64,000 nt of DNA from Leucoraja erinacea (taxonomy: Eukaryota), in the NCBI RefSeq assembly GCF_028641065.1, contig NC_073384.1:41850001-41914000 (forward strand). The letters run 5' to 3'. The translations under genes and the position numbers were made by a program. The notes under the pieces are model-generated. The model was not told the origin of the DNA. It did not search any database and saw only the letters and a list, made by a program, of their open reading frames with translations. Shown here one piece after another: positions 48,720 to 61,900 of this stretch. Every line of letters starts with the position of its first letter. Positions within the stretch are counted from its first letter, which is position 1.

Positions 48720-51700
48720 ATTCCATGCTGACTGACCGATCCTGTCACTGTTTTCCAAAGGTGCTGCTATTTCATTTGTATATAATATGCAGAATCATGA
48801 GAGGCATAATAGCACAAATGGTCACAGTTGTTTTCCCAAGATAGATCTGCCCAGGTAAATCCCTGTGACCTGCATGGGTTATCTCCGGGATCTCCAGCTT
48901 CCACCCACATTCCGAAGATGTTCAGGTTTGTAGGTTAATTGGCTTTTGTAAAATTTAAATTGTCTCTAGTGTGTAACATAGTGCTAGTGTATGGGGGTCA
49001 CAAGTTGGACCAAATATGAAGACTTCATTATTTTCTTCAAGCCATTTGAATAACTGAGTTTTGGTGGCAGATCAGATCGAGAGAGATAATTTTAAGATAT
49101 TCATCTTATATAAGTCATCACAATTTCTTCACTTTGTACTCAACATCCAACGCTCCGTCATCAACTCCAAAGTAAAGATCATCAGATGCAGTGAAAATTA
49201 GGCAGCGTATTCAATGCTGTTCAGTTAATTAGTGTGCAAAATTAAAATGATCCACACCCATCCAAAGATTAACTATAAAAATGATCACCAACGGTTTTCA
49301 TCCTTTCGTTATCATGCACTTTGGGGATGAAACAAAATAGCATTTAGCCCAAGCAATAAAGATGAGAATCATTCATGGCCTTTTGAAGCTTATTTTTAAC
49401 ATAAACATCATTTTCGCAAGGTCCATGCGATTAGATTTCAGTCCCAGTTGCCAAAAATAAACCCTTCGATGTGCAAATCCCTTCACACATGCATCATTTT
49501 AAATGTACAATTTACAAGTGGCCAATTATCAAGACAGGCTGCCATAATCACACATCTCGATTTTGAACATGAGCTCAGACGCTTCACACACATTAGTAAC
49601 TAACTTTGCATTCTCCCCAGAACATCTGCTGTTAATATTCTTATATTTTTCTTACATAAACCACCTCAATTTACACATAATTCTTTGGCTTATTTGCTCT
49701 AAACTGAAAATTTAAAAAAAAGGTCAGATCATGCTGTACAAGGCTGTGTGAAAATCAGATAATAAGGAATGGAAATTTTCCTCTGCTGAGCATGTGTTAA
49801 GGTGTGGGAAAGCTCAAATAGAGAGTCCAGTGGGATAGTTAATTGCAGAATAAGACCATGTGCAAATAAGCCGTTCACTCTTATTTACCAGAGTGTTTAA
49901 TTATAGGGTGAGCATATTCAATGATAATTTATTGTCACATGTACCTAGGTACAGTGAAATCTGTTTAGTTTAGTGCAGTTTAATTTAGAGATGCAGCATG
50001 GCATCATGCCCTTCAGCTCACCCAGTCCACGTGGACCAGCAATCACCATAAACTAGCACATCTACACACAAAGGATGGTTTACAATTTACGGAAGCCAAT
50101 TAATCTACAAATCTGCACGTCTTTGGAGTGTGGGAGGACACTGAACCACCCGGAGAAAATCCATGTGGTCACAGGGAGAACATACACACTCCGTACAACT
50201 CCAAGTCAAAATCCAACCCGAGTCTCTGGTCCACTCAGGGTTCCAGGCTATTTTTTGCACGAGTTTTGGGGTAATTAATTGAGCCGTATCATGCAATAAC
50301 GGCTAAAATAATACCATGTGTTCTCATAGGTTGAAGGCCCAACTCAAAGTTTTAACTGAAACACTCAAGCATTGACTCACTGGTGGGAAAGTCTGAATAT
50401 AGGAGTTATAGAGTCATACAATGTGGAAACGGGCCCTTCGGCCCAACTTGCCCATACCGCCAACATGTCCAATCTACACTCGTCCCACCTGCTTGCATTT
50501 GGCCTATATCTCTCTAAACCCATGTATCTGTCTAAATGTTTCTTAAAGTTTGCGATAGTACCTGCCTCAACTTCTTCCTCCAGCAGCTCGTTCCATATAT
50601 CTCCTGGTCTTAGACTCTGTGTTACCCCTCAGGTTCATATTACATCTTTCTACCCCCACCTTGAAACTGTCCTCTCCAGAGGTTAAGAGGTATTTTCCAG
50701 ATATCGTACCTTATCCAAATGTATCGACTCCAGGTGTGGAATTGATGATTTATTCATATCAAATTATTTTGTAAAAACAAGCTTCCAGATTCAGGTGACA
50801 TGTGTTTTGTTTAGTTTAAAGATACAGTGTGAAAAAAAGGCCCTTTGGCCCATCTGCGCTGACCAGCGATCCCCATACACTAGCATTATCCTGCACATTA
50901 GGGACAATCTTACAATTTTTACCAAAACCAATTAACCACAAAACCAGGGAAAACCCACGTGGTCACAGGGAGAGTGTACAAACTCCATACAGACAGCACC
51001 CGTAGTCATGATGGAACCTGGGTCTCTGTCGCTGTGAGGCAGCAACAATACCACTGTGCTATCGTGCTTCTATGACCAATCATGGCAGCTTCTGAAACAA
51101 TGCATATTTGTCCCTACAGTTGCAAGCATTTTTAAACATTTTTAGCCTATAGGGTATATATTTTTTAAATAGGCTTTCTTTTATTTTGTACTTGTCAAAG
51201 TGAGGGATGCCTGCACCATGAGTGGAGCACTTCCTAAAGAACAATCTGTCAGCTTCAATCACTCAAATCCGAGACATGGCATGGGTTTGATGTAGTGTAA
51301 CATTCCTACTTTTCCTTTGAATGCTCCTTAATCTAAACCACTGCAGAGCACATCAGTTCAGTTAGTTTAAGAAGGAACTGCAGATGCTGGAAAATCGAAG
51401 GTAGACAAAAATGTTGGAGAGACTCAGCAGGTGAGGCAGCTTTATAAGCATAAATGCTGCCTTACCCACTGAGTTTCTCCAGCATTTTTGTCTACCTTCA
51501 GTTGAATTAGTATTGAGGATATTTTTGCACATTGGATCAGAAGCAGACTTGGAGCATGGAGGATGTGAGGAGGGGTCAGCATTGGCAACCAGCAGAGAAT
51601 TTAATCTGTACTTAGTGGAACTCGGCATTGACTGTGACTGTCCACATAGATGTGGAGAGAATGTGTCCACTTGTGGGAGAGCCTAGGACCAATCCCTCAG

Positions 51701-51974
51701 AATAAAAGGACATACCTTTAGCAAGGAGATGAAGAGGAATTTCTTTAGTCAGAGAGTGGTGAATCTGTGGATTTCATTGCCACAGACGTCAGTAGAGGCA
51801 AAGTGAATCATGGCGGAGAATGACAGATTCTTGATTAATACGAGTGTCAGGAGTTATTGGAAGAAGGCAGGAGAATGGGATTGAGAGGGAAGGATAGATC
51901 GACCTTGATTGAATGGCAGGGTAGTCTTGATGGGCCAAATAGCCTAACTCTGCTCCTATGACCAATGAGCGTAT

Positions 51975-52395
51975 GAACTTCATTGACTCCATCCACATAT
52001 CACGCTGCCTCGGCAAGGTCACCAGCCTAGTGAAGGACAAATCTCACCATGTCCACTCCCTCTTCTCCCCTTTCCCATCAAGCAACAGGTACATAAGTGT
52101 GAAAATGCATACCTCCATATTTAGAGACAGTTTATTCCCATCAGGCAACTGAACCATCCTACAAACAACTAGAGAAATGTTTTGACCCACCATCTACCTC
52201 ATTGGAGACCCTCGGACCATCTTTAATCAGACTTTACTGGTCTTAATCTTGCACTAAACATTATTCTCTTCATCATATATCTGTACACTGTGGACAATCG
52301 ATTGTAATCATGTACAGTCTTTCCGCAGACTGGTTAGCACGCAACAAAAAGCTTTTCACTGTACCTCAGTACACGTGACAATAAACTAAACTAAA
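51975..52395 (+). mobile_element. Rex1/Babar-like LINE 3' end
   Basis: CLGKVTSLVKDKSHHVHSLFSPFPSSNRY.SVK.HTS.FRDSLFP followed by the shared 3' UTR and (aaact)n tail. Confidence 0.78.
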
Positions 52396-53110
52396 AACAC
52401 AGGAACAGGCCCTTAGGCCCACAATGTGTCTGCTGAACATAATGTCAGGTTAAATTAATGTTCTCTGCTGCACATTATCTGTATCCCACTATTCCCTGCA
52501 TTTCCATGTGCCTATCTAAAAGGCTCTGAAATGCCACTATCAAAGCTGCTTACACCACCACCCCTGGCAGTGCGTTCCAGGCACTCGCCATTCTCTGTGT
52601 AGATAACTTGCTTCGCGTATCTCCTTTAAACATTGCCCCATTCACCGTAAAGCAATGCTCTCTGATCTTTAACAATCCCATCCTGGGAAAATGATTTTGA
52701 TTGTCTACCCTACCTGTGGCTCTCAATATTTTATAAACTTCTATCAGGTGACCGCCCGACCAACAATGCCCCAAAGAAACCAATCCAAGTTTGTCCAAAC
52801 TCTACCGTTAGCTAATACCCTCTAATACCCTCCAATCAAAGTAGCATTCTGCACCCTTTCCAAAGTCTCCACATCCTTCCTGTAATGGAGTAATTAGGAC
52901 AGCAATACTCCAAATACTCCTAATGTGGTCTAACCAAAGTACTCTAAGAGCTGCAACCAATGAAGGCAAACATCTCATATGCCTTCCTTACCACTCTTGT
53001 CTACTTGTGTTGCCACTTTCAGGGAGTAATGGACTTGGAACCCAACATCCCTCTGTACATCAATGCTGTGAAGTGGCTTGCCATGAACTATATTCTTCCC
53101 CCTTACATTC
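52396..53110 (-). mobile_element. Old CR1 3' fragment
   Basis: DKLGLVSL...GHLIEVYKIL...AWNALPGVVV. Confidence 0.78.
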
Positions 53111-54225
53111 ATTGATTTAATTCAATTATACTTTATTGTGACATTTACCTAGGTACAATGATATTGTTTATTTTTGCATATAATACCCAAAGTGCGCAAA
53201 GTGTCTTTGAGATAACTCATATTTCAACGTGCTTTAATTGGTAAATGTGGCAACAAACTTACCTTGAAACCATGAAACCATGAAACATATCTGGCAGCGA
53301 CAAAGTTAGAAAAGTAACCATTAGAGTCTCGATGGTCCCTCTGTTCTCGGAAGCCTCCCAGGCCAAGTCCCTCTTTGTTCTCAGTTGTCCCCCACCAAAC
53401 CAGGTCCCTCCTTGTTCTCAGCGCCCCCCCCCCCCTCGACTTCCCAAAATACAACACCGCACATTTTCTCGGATTAAACTCCATCTGCCATTTCTCCGTT
53501 CATCTCTGTAACTGATCTAAATCATGCCATGTCCTTTAACAGCTTTCATCACTGTCCATACTGTGTAGGAATAGCAGGCATAGGTTGGAATCACCACTGC
53601 GTAGTCAGTTTTAGTTTAGTTTAGAGATACAGCATGAAAACAGGGCCCATCGAGTCCATGCTGACCAGCGATCACACGTACACTAGTTCTATCCTACACA
53701 CTAGGGACAATTTACACAAGCCAATTACCTACCAGTGATCACCTCTTACACTAACATTATCCTACACACGAGGGACAATTAAAAAAATTAGCAAAGCCAA
53801 TTAACCTACGAACCTGCACGTCATTGGAATGTTGAAGGAATCTGAAGCATCTGGAGAAAACCCAGTGGTCACAGGGAGAAAGTACAGACTTCCTACAGAC
53901 AGCACCCGCGTGGTCAGGATCGACCCGGGTCTCTGGCGTTGTAAGGCAGCAACTCTACCGCTGCGCCACTGTGCTGCCCACAGTTCCATTGCATTTGGTT
54001 TCATTGATGTCGCTGAAAAAGACAATGTTGAGGTGAGCAGCCAAAGGCCTGGTATCTCAGAAGAAGATTATTTTTTCACCCAATGCAACACAAAGTGTCG
54101 GAGTAACTCAACGGGTCAGGCAGCATCTTTGGAGGGAATGGGCAGGCGACGTTTCTGGTTGGGAAGTAGATACAAAATGCTGGAGCAACGCAGAGGGACA
54201 GGCAGCATCTCTGGAGAGAAGGAAT

Positions 54226-54261
54226 GGGTGACGTTTCAGGTCGAGACCCTTCTTCAGACCC
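54226..54261 (-). ncRNA. Minimal type I hammerhead ribozyme motif with a 4-bp helix I
   Basis: Minus strand GGGT-CTGAAGA-AGGGTCTCGACCT-GAAA-C-GTC-ACCC. Confidence 0.6.
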
Positions 54262-54765
54262 TTCTGGTTGGGACCCTTCTTCCGATCCATTTCTAACCTG
54301 AGATGTTGTGGCTAGTGTTTTATTATTTCCACTAGCATTCCGTCCCATGCCTCAGATATTCGATTCCCATAATGGATTCACTGATATCAATCTTGTTTCA
54401 CGTATACAATAATATGTGTGATCAACTGATTCAATAAAGTAATTATGCCATTTCCGTCTTTGTTAAAATAATAATGAAGATTAACTCATAAAATTATTCC
54501 TGCATAAAATATGAAAAACAGTTTTGCAATTATGGAGTGAAATTATTGCAAGCAATTACTTACAAGTTGTTAGGAAATGTTGTACTTTAGTGGAGGAATT
54601 AATCTTTTTAAAATAAATGTTCTTTGCTAAAATCCTTGCTGTATTTATAACATTTCCAGCCTCTAATAACTGCGATGATAACTCTGCCTCTCCCTCCATT
54701 CCCGATGCCTGACTTCTGCAGAATTTCAATTTTTCCTGTTGTACAGATTTCCAGCATCTACATGG

Positions 54766-55072
54766 ACTTTAGATGAGAGATACGGTGTGGAAACAGGCCC
54801 TTTGGCCCACTTAGTCCGTGGCGACCAGTGATCATCCCGTACTCTAGCGCTATCTTACACACCAGGGACAATTTCCAATATTACAGATGGCAATTAACCT
54901 ACAAACCTTTATGTCTTTGGGGTGTGGAAGGAAACGGGAACACACGGAGAAAACCCACGCTGATCACAGGGAGAAGGTAAAACTCCGTACAGACAGCACC
55001 CGTAGTCAGGATCGAACCTGGGTCTCTGGTGCTGTAAGGCAGCAACTCTACCGCAGCTCCACTGTGCTGCCC
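54766..55072 (-). mobile_element. Full-length HE1-type V-SINE
   Basis: Head, core and tail as in other copies. Confidence 0.88.
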
Positions 55073-56347
55073 TCAAAGTACTTTCTGCTACTGTGTACTG
55101 CAGTGGCATCAGTGAAGGTCACGCTTACTCTCTTTCATTGACGGGACATTTAGAGTGGAGGTGATTATGGAAATGTAATGATCTCTTCATTTGTAGGTAT
55201 ATTGACTGCAAAGAAAAGCAACAAGAAATGACAAGTAGATGATTAGTCAGTGGTGAAAGAGGTGGGGGTGGGGGGGCAGGCACAGTGGGAGACGTAGAGG
55301 GCTAGGTGACAGGAGTGTGGGACACTGGTAGCACTTAGAGACCTTGGAACAGAAAGATACAGCACGGAAGCAGGCCTTTTGGCCCTCCTAGTCCATGCCA
55401 ACCATTGATCACACTAGTTCCTTGTTATCCCACTTTTCCATCCACTCCCTTCACACAAGGGGCAATTTACAGAGTCCAATTAACCTACAAACCTGTACGT
55501 CTTTGGGATGTGGGAGGAAACCGGAGGAAACCTGTGTGGTCACAGGGAGAAGAGGGGAAATATGTAGATTATAGTGAGCTGACCAATGTGCTCAGATTCA
55601 GTGTCCGATCTGCTACAGAAGTTTATTTGTTTAGTTTAGTTTAGAGATACTGCGTGGAAACAGTACCTTCAGTCCTCTGAGTCTGCATCGACCAACGATG
55701 ACCTATAGACTGGTTTTATGCTACACACCAGACACAATTTACAGAAGCCGATTCACCTGCACGTCCTATGATGTGGGAGGAAACTGGAGCACTGGAGAAA
55801 ACCGCACGCAATCATAGGGAGAAAGTACAAACTCCTAAAGATAGCACCCATAAGAAAAGATCTGTTCCCATTGTCAACTTCCTTGGTCAATCAGCGGCCA
55901 GGACTCCCGAACTCCAACCTGACTGGAGCAGGCAGATCCGCTCCCATAATCGGTATCTTGGCTCCTCGGAGGCCTAGGTGAACAGTTATGGTACCATTGG
56001 ACTCCTTTCAGAGGCCATGATCTATGTTGGTCATGTTGGTCATTATCTAAAACAGATAATCCAGAAAAGCACTGGATCCAAGGGAGCCAGGAAATTGGTG
56101 GTGGGCCTGTAAAATGGTAAAAACTCACAATCAGATATAATCTAAGTTTATTGTTGAGTTGAATCAATATAAATGAGGGCAATTATGTTTCACCTTAAAT
56201 CCTACTTCTTTTTCTCCATCTGAGCTCCTATCTCCCTTTCATACCATCATTCATATCTGGTAATCAAATAAGAATTTTCCATTATGCCTCTGGGATGATT
56301 TCCTCCATTTATTTTTGATGGTAAACAAGATTCCTGATCACCTAATA

Positions 56348-56641
56348 GGGGCGGCACATTGGCGCAGCAGTAGAGTTGCTGCCTTACAGAGCCAGAGACC
56401 TGGGTTCAATCCGAACCTCGGCTTCTCTCTGTACGGAGTTTATGTTTTCCCTGTGACCACGTGGGTTTCCTCCGGGTGCTCCCACATTCCAATGACATGC
56501 AGGTTTGCAGGTTAATTGACTTTGATAAGTTGTAAAAATTGTCTCTAGTGTGTGTAGTTTAGTGTACAGGGTGGTCACTGGTCGGTGTAGACTTGGTGAC
56601 CGAAGGGGCTGTTTCTGTGCTGTATCTCTAAAGTCTAAAGT
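56348..56641 (+). mobile_element. Full-length HE1-type V-SINE (about 30 copies or fragments in the window by manual count)
   Basis: ggggcggcacattggcgcagcagtag head, ggttcaatcc B box, V core, (ctaaagt)n tail. Confidence 0.9.
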
Positions 56642-57129
56642 CACTCATGGCACATCTGAAAACACCTATCAGGATATTTCAAAATGCTTCATAATCAATG
56701 AAGTGTAGTCACTGTTGTAAAACAGGAAACGATGTTACATGCACATGGTATCACAATTAGAATTGACTCAACCTCCAAATTAAAACAAAATGGTAGAGAT
56801 ACAACAAAGGTCTAATATGTGTGAGTAGTTCCACTGGTGGTTATTCTCAAGATGTTAAATATTGTAATTTTAATGGTTTATTGATTTTGTGCTGTTGTTT
56901 TAATGTATGTAAGTTACAAAGATAGTGCAAATTTCTCTCCTTTTTCATTGTGATCGTGGCCAGAGAATGAATGGTTTAAAATAGCATTGCTTTGAATCCA
57001 TTCATTGCAGCATTGGCAGGGAGGTATGGTTAGCATATCGTGTAATTTTATGGTGTATTGTCCAACTTATGGACAAAAGTTTAGGTTTAGGTTTATTATT
57101 GTCATGTGTACCAAGGTGCATGCTATCAA

Positions 57130-57546
57130 CTTTTGCTTGGGCAGCATACAACCCACTGGTATAAAAATGTATTTCGCTAACTTCAAGTAATGTGTGCATC
57201 CCCTCTCTCTCGCGATACCCACCCAAGATGTTGTACTAGCTTCAAAGCCGGCTTGTTGAGTTATTGTCTGTAACTCGTTTTCACTAAAGGCCACAGCAAA
57301 TAATGGCTTGTTCCCTTTATCATCGTTACTTTTTTGCCTACCTTTCATTCATTTGTTCTATATCTCTCTATATCACCGTCTACATCTCTTGTTTCCCTTT
57401 CACGTGACTATCAGTCTGAAGATAGATCTCAACCCAAAACGTCACCTATTCCTTTTCTACAGAGATGCTGTCTGACCCGTTGAGTTACTCCAACTTTTTG
57501 TGTTTATCTTCAGTTTAACCCAGCATTAGCAGTACCTTCCTCCACA
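57130..57546 (+). mobile_element. Penelope-like 3' end with degenerate hammerhead
   Basis: FCLGSIQPTGIKMYFANFK* endonuclease tail, 3' UTR homologous to 6432-6767, cagtctgaaga...aaaacgtcacc. Confidence 0.8.
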
Positions 57547-58021
57547 AATCAGATAATGTTAGACTTTAGACTTTACAGCTGACTTTGAACGTTGAATAAT
57601 AAAACCAAAGATGACGGCTCTCCTGTAAGGGTTGCCAAAATAGGCCTTAAAATCATAGTGAATGCCTGGTGGTGGGTAGATGGAACAAGCTACCAGAGGA
57701 GGTAGTTGAGGCAGGTACTTTAACAAAATTTAAAAGACAGGTACATGGATAGGGAAGGTTTAAAGGGATGCGGGCCAAACATGGGCAAATGGGACTAGTG
57801 TAGATGGGGCAGCATGGGGAAGTTGGGCCGAAGGGCCTGTTTCAATGCTGTATGACTCTATGACTCCTGCATAAGTAACAATTGTCTTAAGATGGACAGA
57901 CACGTCTAAATAAACTTTTTGGAATTGATATAATGTTAAAGTGCTGGGCATTTCTGTTTATGCCAAAGAATGCAAATGTTTTACACCGGTCCTTATAGTT
58001 TCTCCCACGACTCCATTTAGG

Positions 58022-58395
58022 CTACCCAAAAGTCCTTTCAGGTGAGGCAGAGGTTCACTTGCACCTCCTCCAACCTCATTCACTGTATCCATCGTTCAAG
58101 TAATCCCAACATTCCCTTTCTCCCCCAATCATGTCATCCTACTAGTTCCACTGTTTGTATCCTTGTATCTCATTGTGATCACCTCTTACCCAGCCTACAA
58201 TTATGCCATTGTGTGCTCCACCCATCGTTGGTCATCTGTTTCTGGCCTTGCATTGTTCTGGCCTTTTCTTACATCCAATTCCCTCGCCTCTACTTTCAGT
58301 TTGAAGAAGAGTCGTGATCTGAAACATCACCCATCCATTTTCTCCAGTGTTGGTACCTGATCCACTGATTTATTCCAGCACTTTGTGTCTATCTT
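58022..58395 (+). mobile_element. Internally deleted Penelope fragment (start of GIY-YIG joined to 3' UTR and terminus)
   Basis: QVRQRFTCTSSNLIHCI then jump to tcaagtaa and a terminal unit with a decayed hammerhead. Confidence 0.72.
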
Positions 58396-58504
58396 CAATG
58401 CAAATGTGTTCTACCATTAGACCGGCTCACTGCAAGTTTCTGGGTAACATCACATCATTGCAAATGGTGAACTTCAAGATGCATTATTGAGTTTATAATT
58501 ACTA

Positions 58505-58872
58505 TTCATAAGTTCATAAGTTCTTGGAGCAGAATTAGGCCATTCGGCCCATCAATTCTACTCCGCCAGTCAATCATGGCTGATTTCTCTTCCCCTCTCA
58601 ATTTTATTCTCCTGCTGTCTCCCCATAACCCCTGACACCCATACTAATCAAGAATCTATCAATCTCCACCTTAAAAATATCCATTGATGGCCTCCACAGC
58701 CTTCCGTGGCAGTGAATTCCACAGATTAACCATCCTCTGACCAATTTCTCCTGCTCCTTTCTACAGGTACTGTACATCCTTTTATTCTGAGGTTATAGCC
58801 TCTGGTCATAGACTCTCCCACTGGTGGAGACATCCTCTCTGCATCCACTCTATCCTGGCCTTTCACTATTCG
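58505..58872 (-). mobile_element. CR1 3' fragment
   Basis: DRVDAERM.P.VGES.TRGYNLRIKG; (ttatgaac)n tail. Confidence 0.85.
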
Positions 58873-58940
58873 CTTACCTGGCACATATAAACTTTGTACT
58901 GCTGGTAGACTTTCCAAAGCAAAGACACTAAACTAGAACA

Positions 58941-61900
58941 ATTAAACAAGAACTTACCGTTTGAAGTTTGATCTTTATTTTATGAGAAGTTGGAGTGAGA
59001 GACTATGTGAAGAACCCGCCAGCCCGCATGCGCGTCAATCTTCAAAGCAACTATATGAAACCAAAGAACACTTGCACCAAATTAAACTATAGAAAGATTA
59101 ATAACGCTTGACTTACCGAATGATCTTTATGAGATTCAGGATTGGGAGTGGAGGGCACGTAGTCTCTCACTCCAACTTCTCATAAAATAAAGATCAAACT
59201 TCAAACGGTAAATTCTCGTTTAATCTTTGTATTTTATATCGAAGTCTCGTGATGAGACTACGTGAAGCCTTCAAAGCCCTGTAGTTTCATGCAGTAAACC
59301 AATCTGTATGTGAAAACACTAAACCGATAAACCATAAATGGTAGAAAAGACATGGGCCATTAACAACATGATGCTAACTTTACATATATGTACATCGCCC
59401 TTAATTGGACCCAGTCTCAATTGCTTTTGGGTTAGACAATAGCTCATGCAACACTGTTCAGAATTCTATCTGCAACCGTCCAGACATGTTCAATGAAATT
59501 TTATAACTTCTGAAAGTGCGCTTATCTGAGCCTCCTGCTGTTGCAAGAAAGTGATCAAAAGGGAATATCCATTCTATTGGCTGCTGACGAGCCAGCTGCC
59601 CTGGTAGAGGGAGACTTGAAATGATTTGTATTCACTCCTGCTTTCAGCTGCTTACACTCTGTCCATCTTGAAATTGTCTGCACCACCAATCTCTTGTGAA
59701 GCTATTATATAACTATGAAGAAACTTTTTCTTCACCTCATAGGTTCTTAGTAACCCCAGTGTACCTTTTTACATAATACACACCCCAATCTCCGTTCTGG
59801 TGGGTATGCTGTCAACCCCAACTTGTACCTAACCGTGCCTGCTATTCTTTATGAATTTATTCTCATAAAATGCTACCCTCTTGTCAAATATGACTGAGAG
59901 ATGCTGACAGAGATTGTGTTAAGACTGTACTCTTCGTCCTGAAATCAGTGTCATAAGCATGACTAACTTAAGAATAACTGATCCCATGTTAGGGATACAG
60001 CTGATGATAATTGCATAAAAAATTATACTGACTACATTCCACACTACTTTGTATCTAGGCTTTAGAGTGTTTATATAAAATACACCTTCCATAACCATAT
60101 TCAACAGTGGGTGAAAACCAACCATTTATTGTCCCACTTAGTACTAGATACAACGACAAAGCAGTATGAGCAGTGTTAATTGCGCTATAACATAGTCACT
60201 TCTCTTAAACCCAAACCGAAAGAAAACCGCAAACCACTGCTACTTCTGTTTAAAAGTAGCTTGCATGTGTCTCTTCACAAAACTTTCCATACAACCTTGC
60301 AGTGATAGATGCATGAGAAATAGGTTGAAATAGCCACCGCTCGTGTCTTCGAGCAAATATAGGAGCTTCTTTCAGCGGACTTATTTACAATGGAAGCCAT
60401 GGTTCAGTAGGCCAATTTGGCACTACTTAAAGTTCATGTTACCTCATTTTGAATTATCTTAAGAGGCATCTACTGATAAATACCCTGGGTCTTATCTGTG
60501 TGTAGGGTGCGAGCCATATGTGCAGAGTTTATGACAAAACCTAAATATGTAATAGATAATGCCGGTTCCAGTATGGACTCCTGGATGAATAACAAACCCT
60601 AGATATTCTAGGAGTGCCTTGGTTGCTGAAACAGCTAGCTCTGCTGTATGTCCTCTATAAACTCCATGACAAAGTGCCCTTTAGATCTGAGTAGGACAAC
60701 ATTGACTTTAAAATCTTTGTAAATAGCCTAGGGCTGAAGTCAACCCCTTAGGTAGAGCCTAAAATTTCCACAACTGGCCTTGCCAGATAAACCTCAGATA
60801 TATCCTGTGACTCGTGAATTGATATGGAAAAGTATGCATCCTCGAGATCGATTGAGGCCCTAAAGCAATCCTCTGTAATCAGCTATTTTACTGAGTGACA
60901 ATTATCCATCTTAAAATGGTTATACCAAGCACATGTTCAGACTAGCCAAATCGTAGAATTATTTGGCATCCTCCACTTTTCTTCAACCGTGAGAAGATAT
61001 TAGAAATATACCCCACTTGTTCATGGACAGCCTGCTCATCCTTTTGTGAAATGTCTGTTTCAACTTGGATAGCCATAGTTTCCTCTTTAGACCGTATGTA
61101 CGGAAATCTTGGCTTCTCTTGCCGCGGAGGAAATTAATCAGCCAGAAACTGAATCTTATAACCGTTTATGATTTGTAAAATGGAAAGCTCAGGCATCGTG
61201 GCCAGCTCGGGAACATACTGCCTCCATGGTGAGCGCTAAAACCTGTGAATAAAAAGCCCTCTGGCTCGGTTTAATTGTGTAGGCCTGGTGCTCCAAGCAG
61301 CCTCAGTGTAGGGTATCTGCCACTCATTTGGTAGTGATGATATGGATGCAGGTAAACGGGAGTCTTACCCACAAAGGGTGTCTTTACCACACCCGCCACA
61401 GCCTTGAATTCCTCTTGCAAGTCTTTTACTTGCTAGCCCAAGACTTCTCCAAAGAGATACTTGCAGAATGCACATATTAGCCTTGCACAAAATTAACATA
61501 TATTGGGTTGATCTCAGGCCTATACCATCCTAACACAATTTGAGTTTAGACTGTGCATTACACAAAAGTGCTAAGGCGTCCCCTGCAATTCAGACAGCTG
61601 AGTTCTCTCCACTGACCTTGCGAATGCCGTAATCCTTCTTTGAGAATTCTCTGAACTCGCTGGAGTTTAAAACCTTTTGACTTTGTTTTACCATTCAGAT
61701 AGCCCCCAAATGGTGGCATTAGCCTATGGACTTCCTGGCACAAATCTGGACTAGCATACTATCCAGCAGTGTCCTGCATGATCTTCTCAACCAACTGATG
61801 AGAAGTCAAATAACCAATGCTACTTGCCAGTTATTTCTCTTAACGGTTCTCCTATACCTGAAGGGATGGCAAATTTAGTCACAAGTGCCAGCAGATTCTT

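Noticed and set aside
49060-49190. C/D box snoRNA or coding exon on the minus strand (several TGATGA, one CTGA; IFTASDDLYFGVDDGALDVEYKVKKL)
   Set aside because: Box spacing is short with no convincing terminal stem; the reading frame has an upstream stop and no fitting acceptor
13653-55644. Many similar short ORFs (e.g. LECGRKPEHPEKTH, GAVCTEFVRSP) as a gene family
   Set aside because: They are translations of V-SINE copies
56348-56420. tRNA genes at SINE heads
   Set aside because: A and B boxes are present but each continues into the V core and LINE tail, so these are SINE heads
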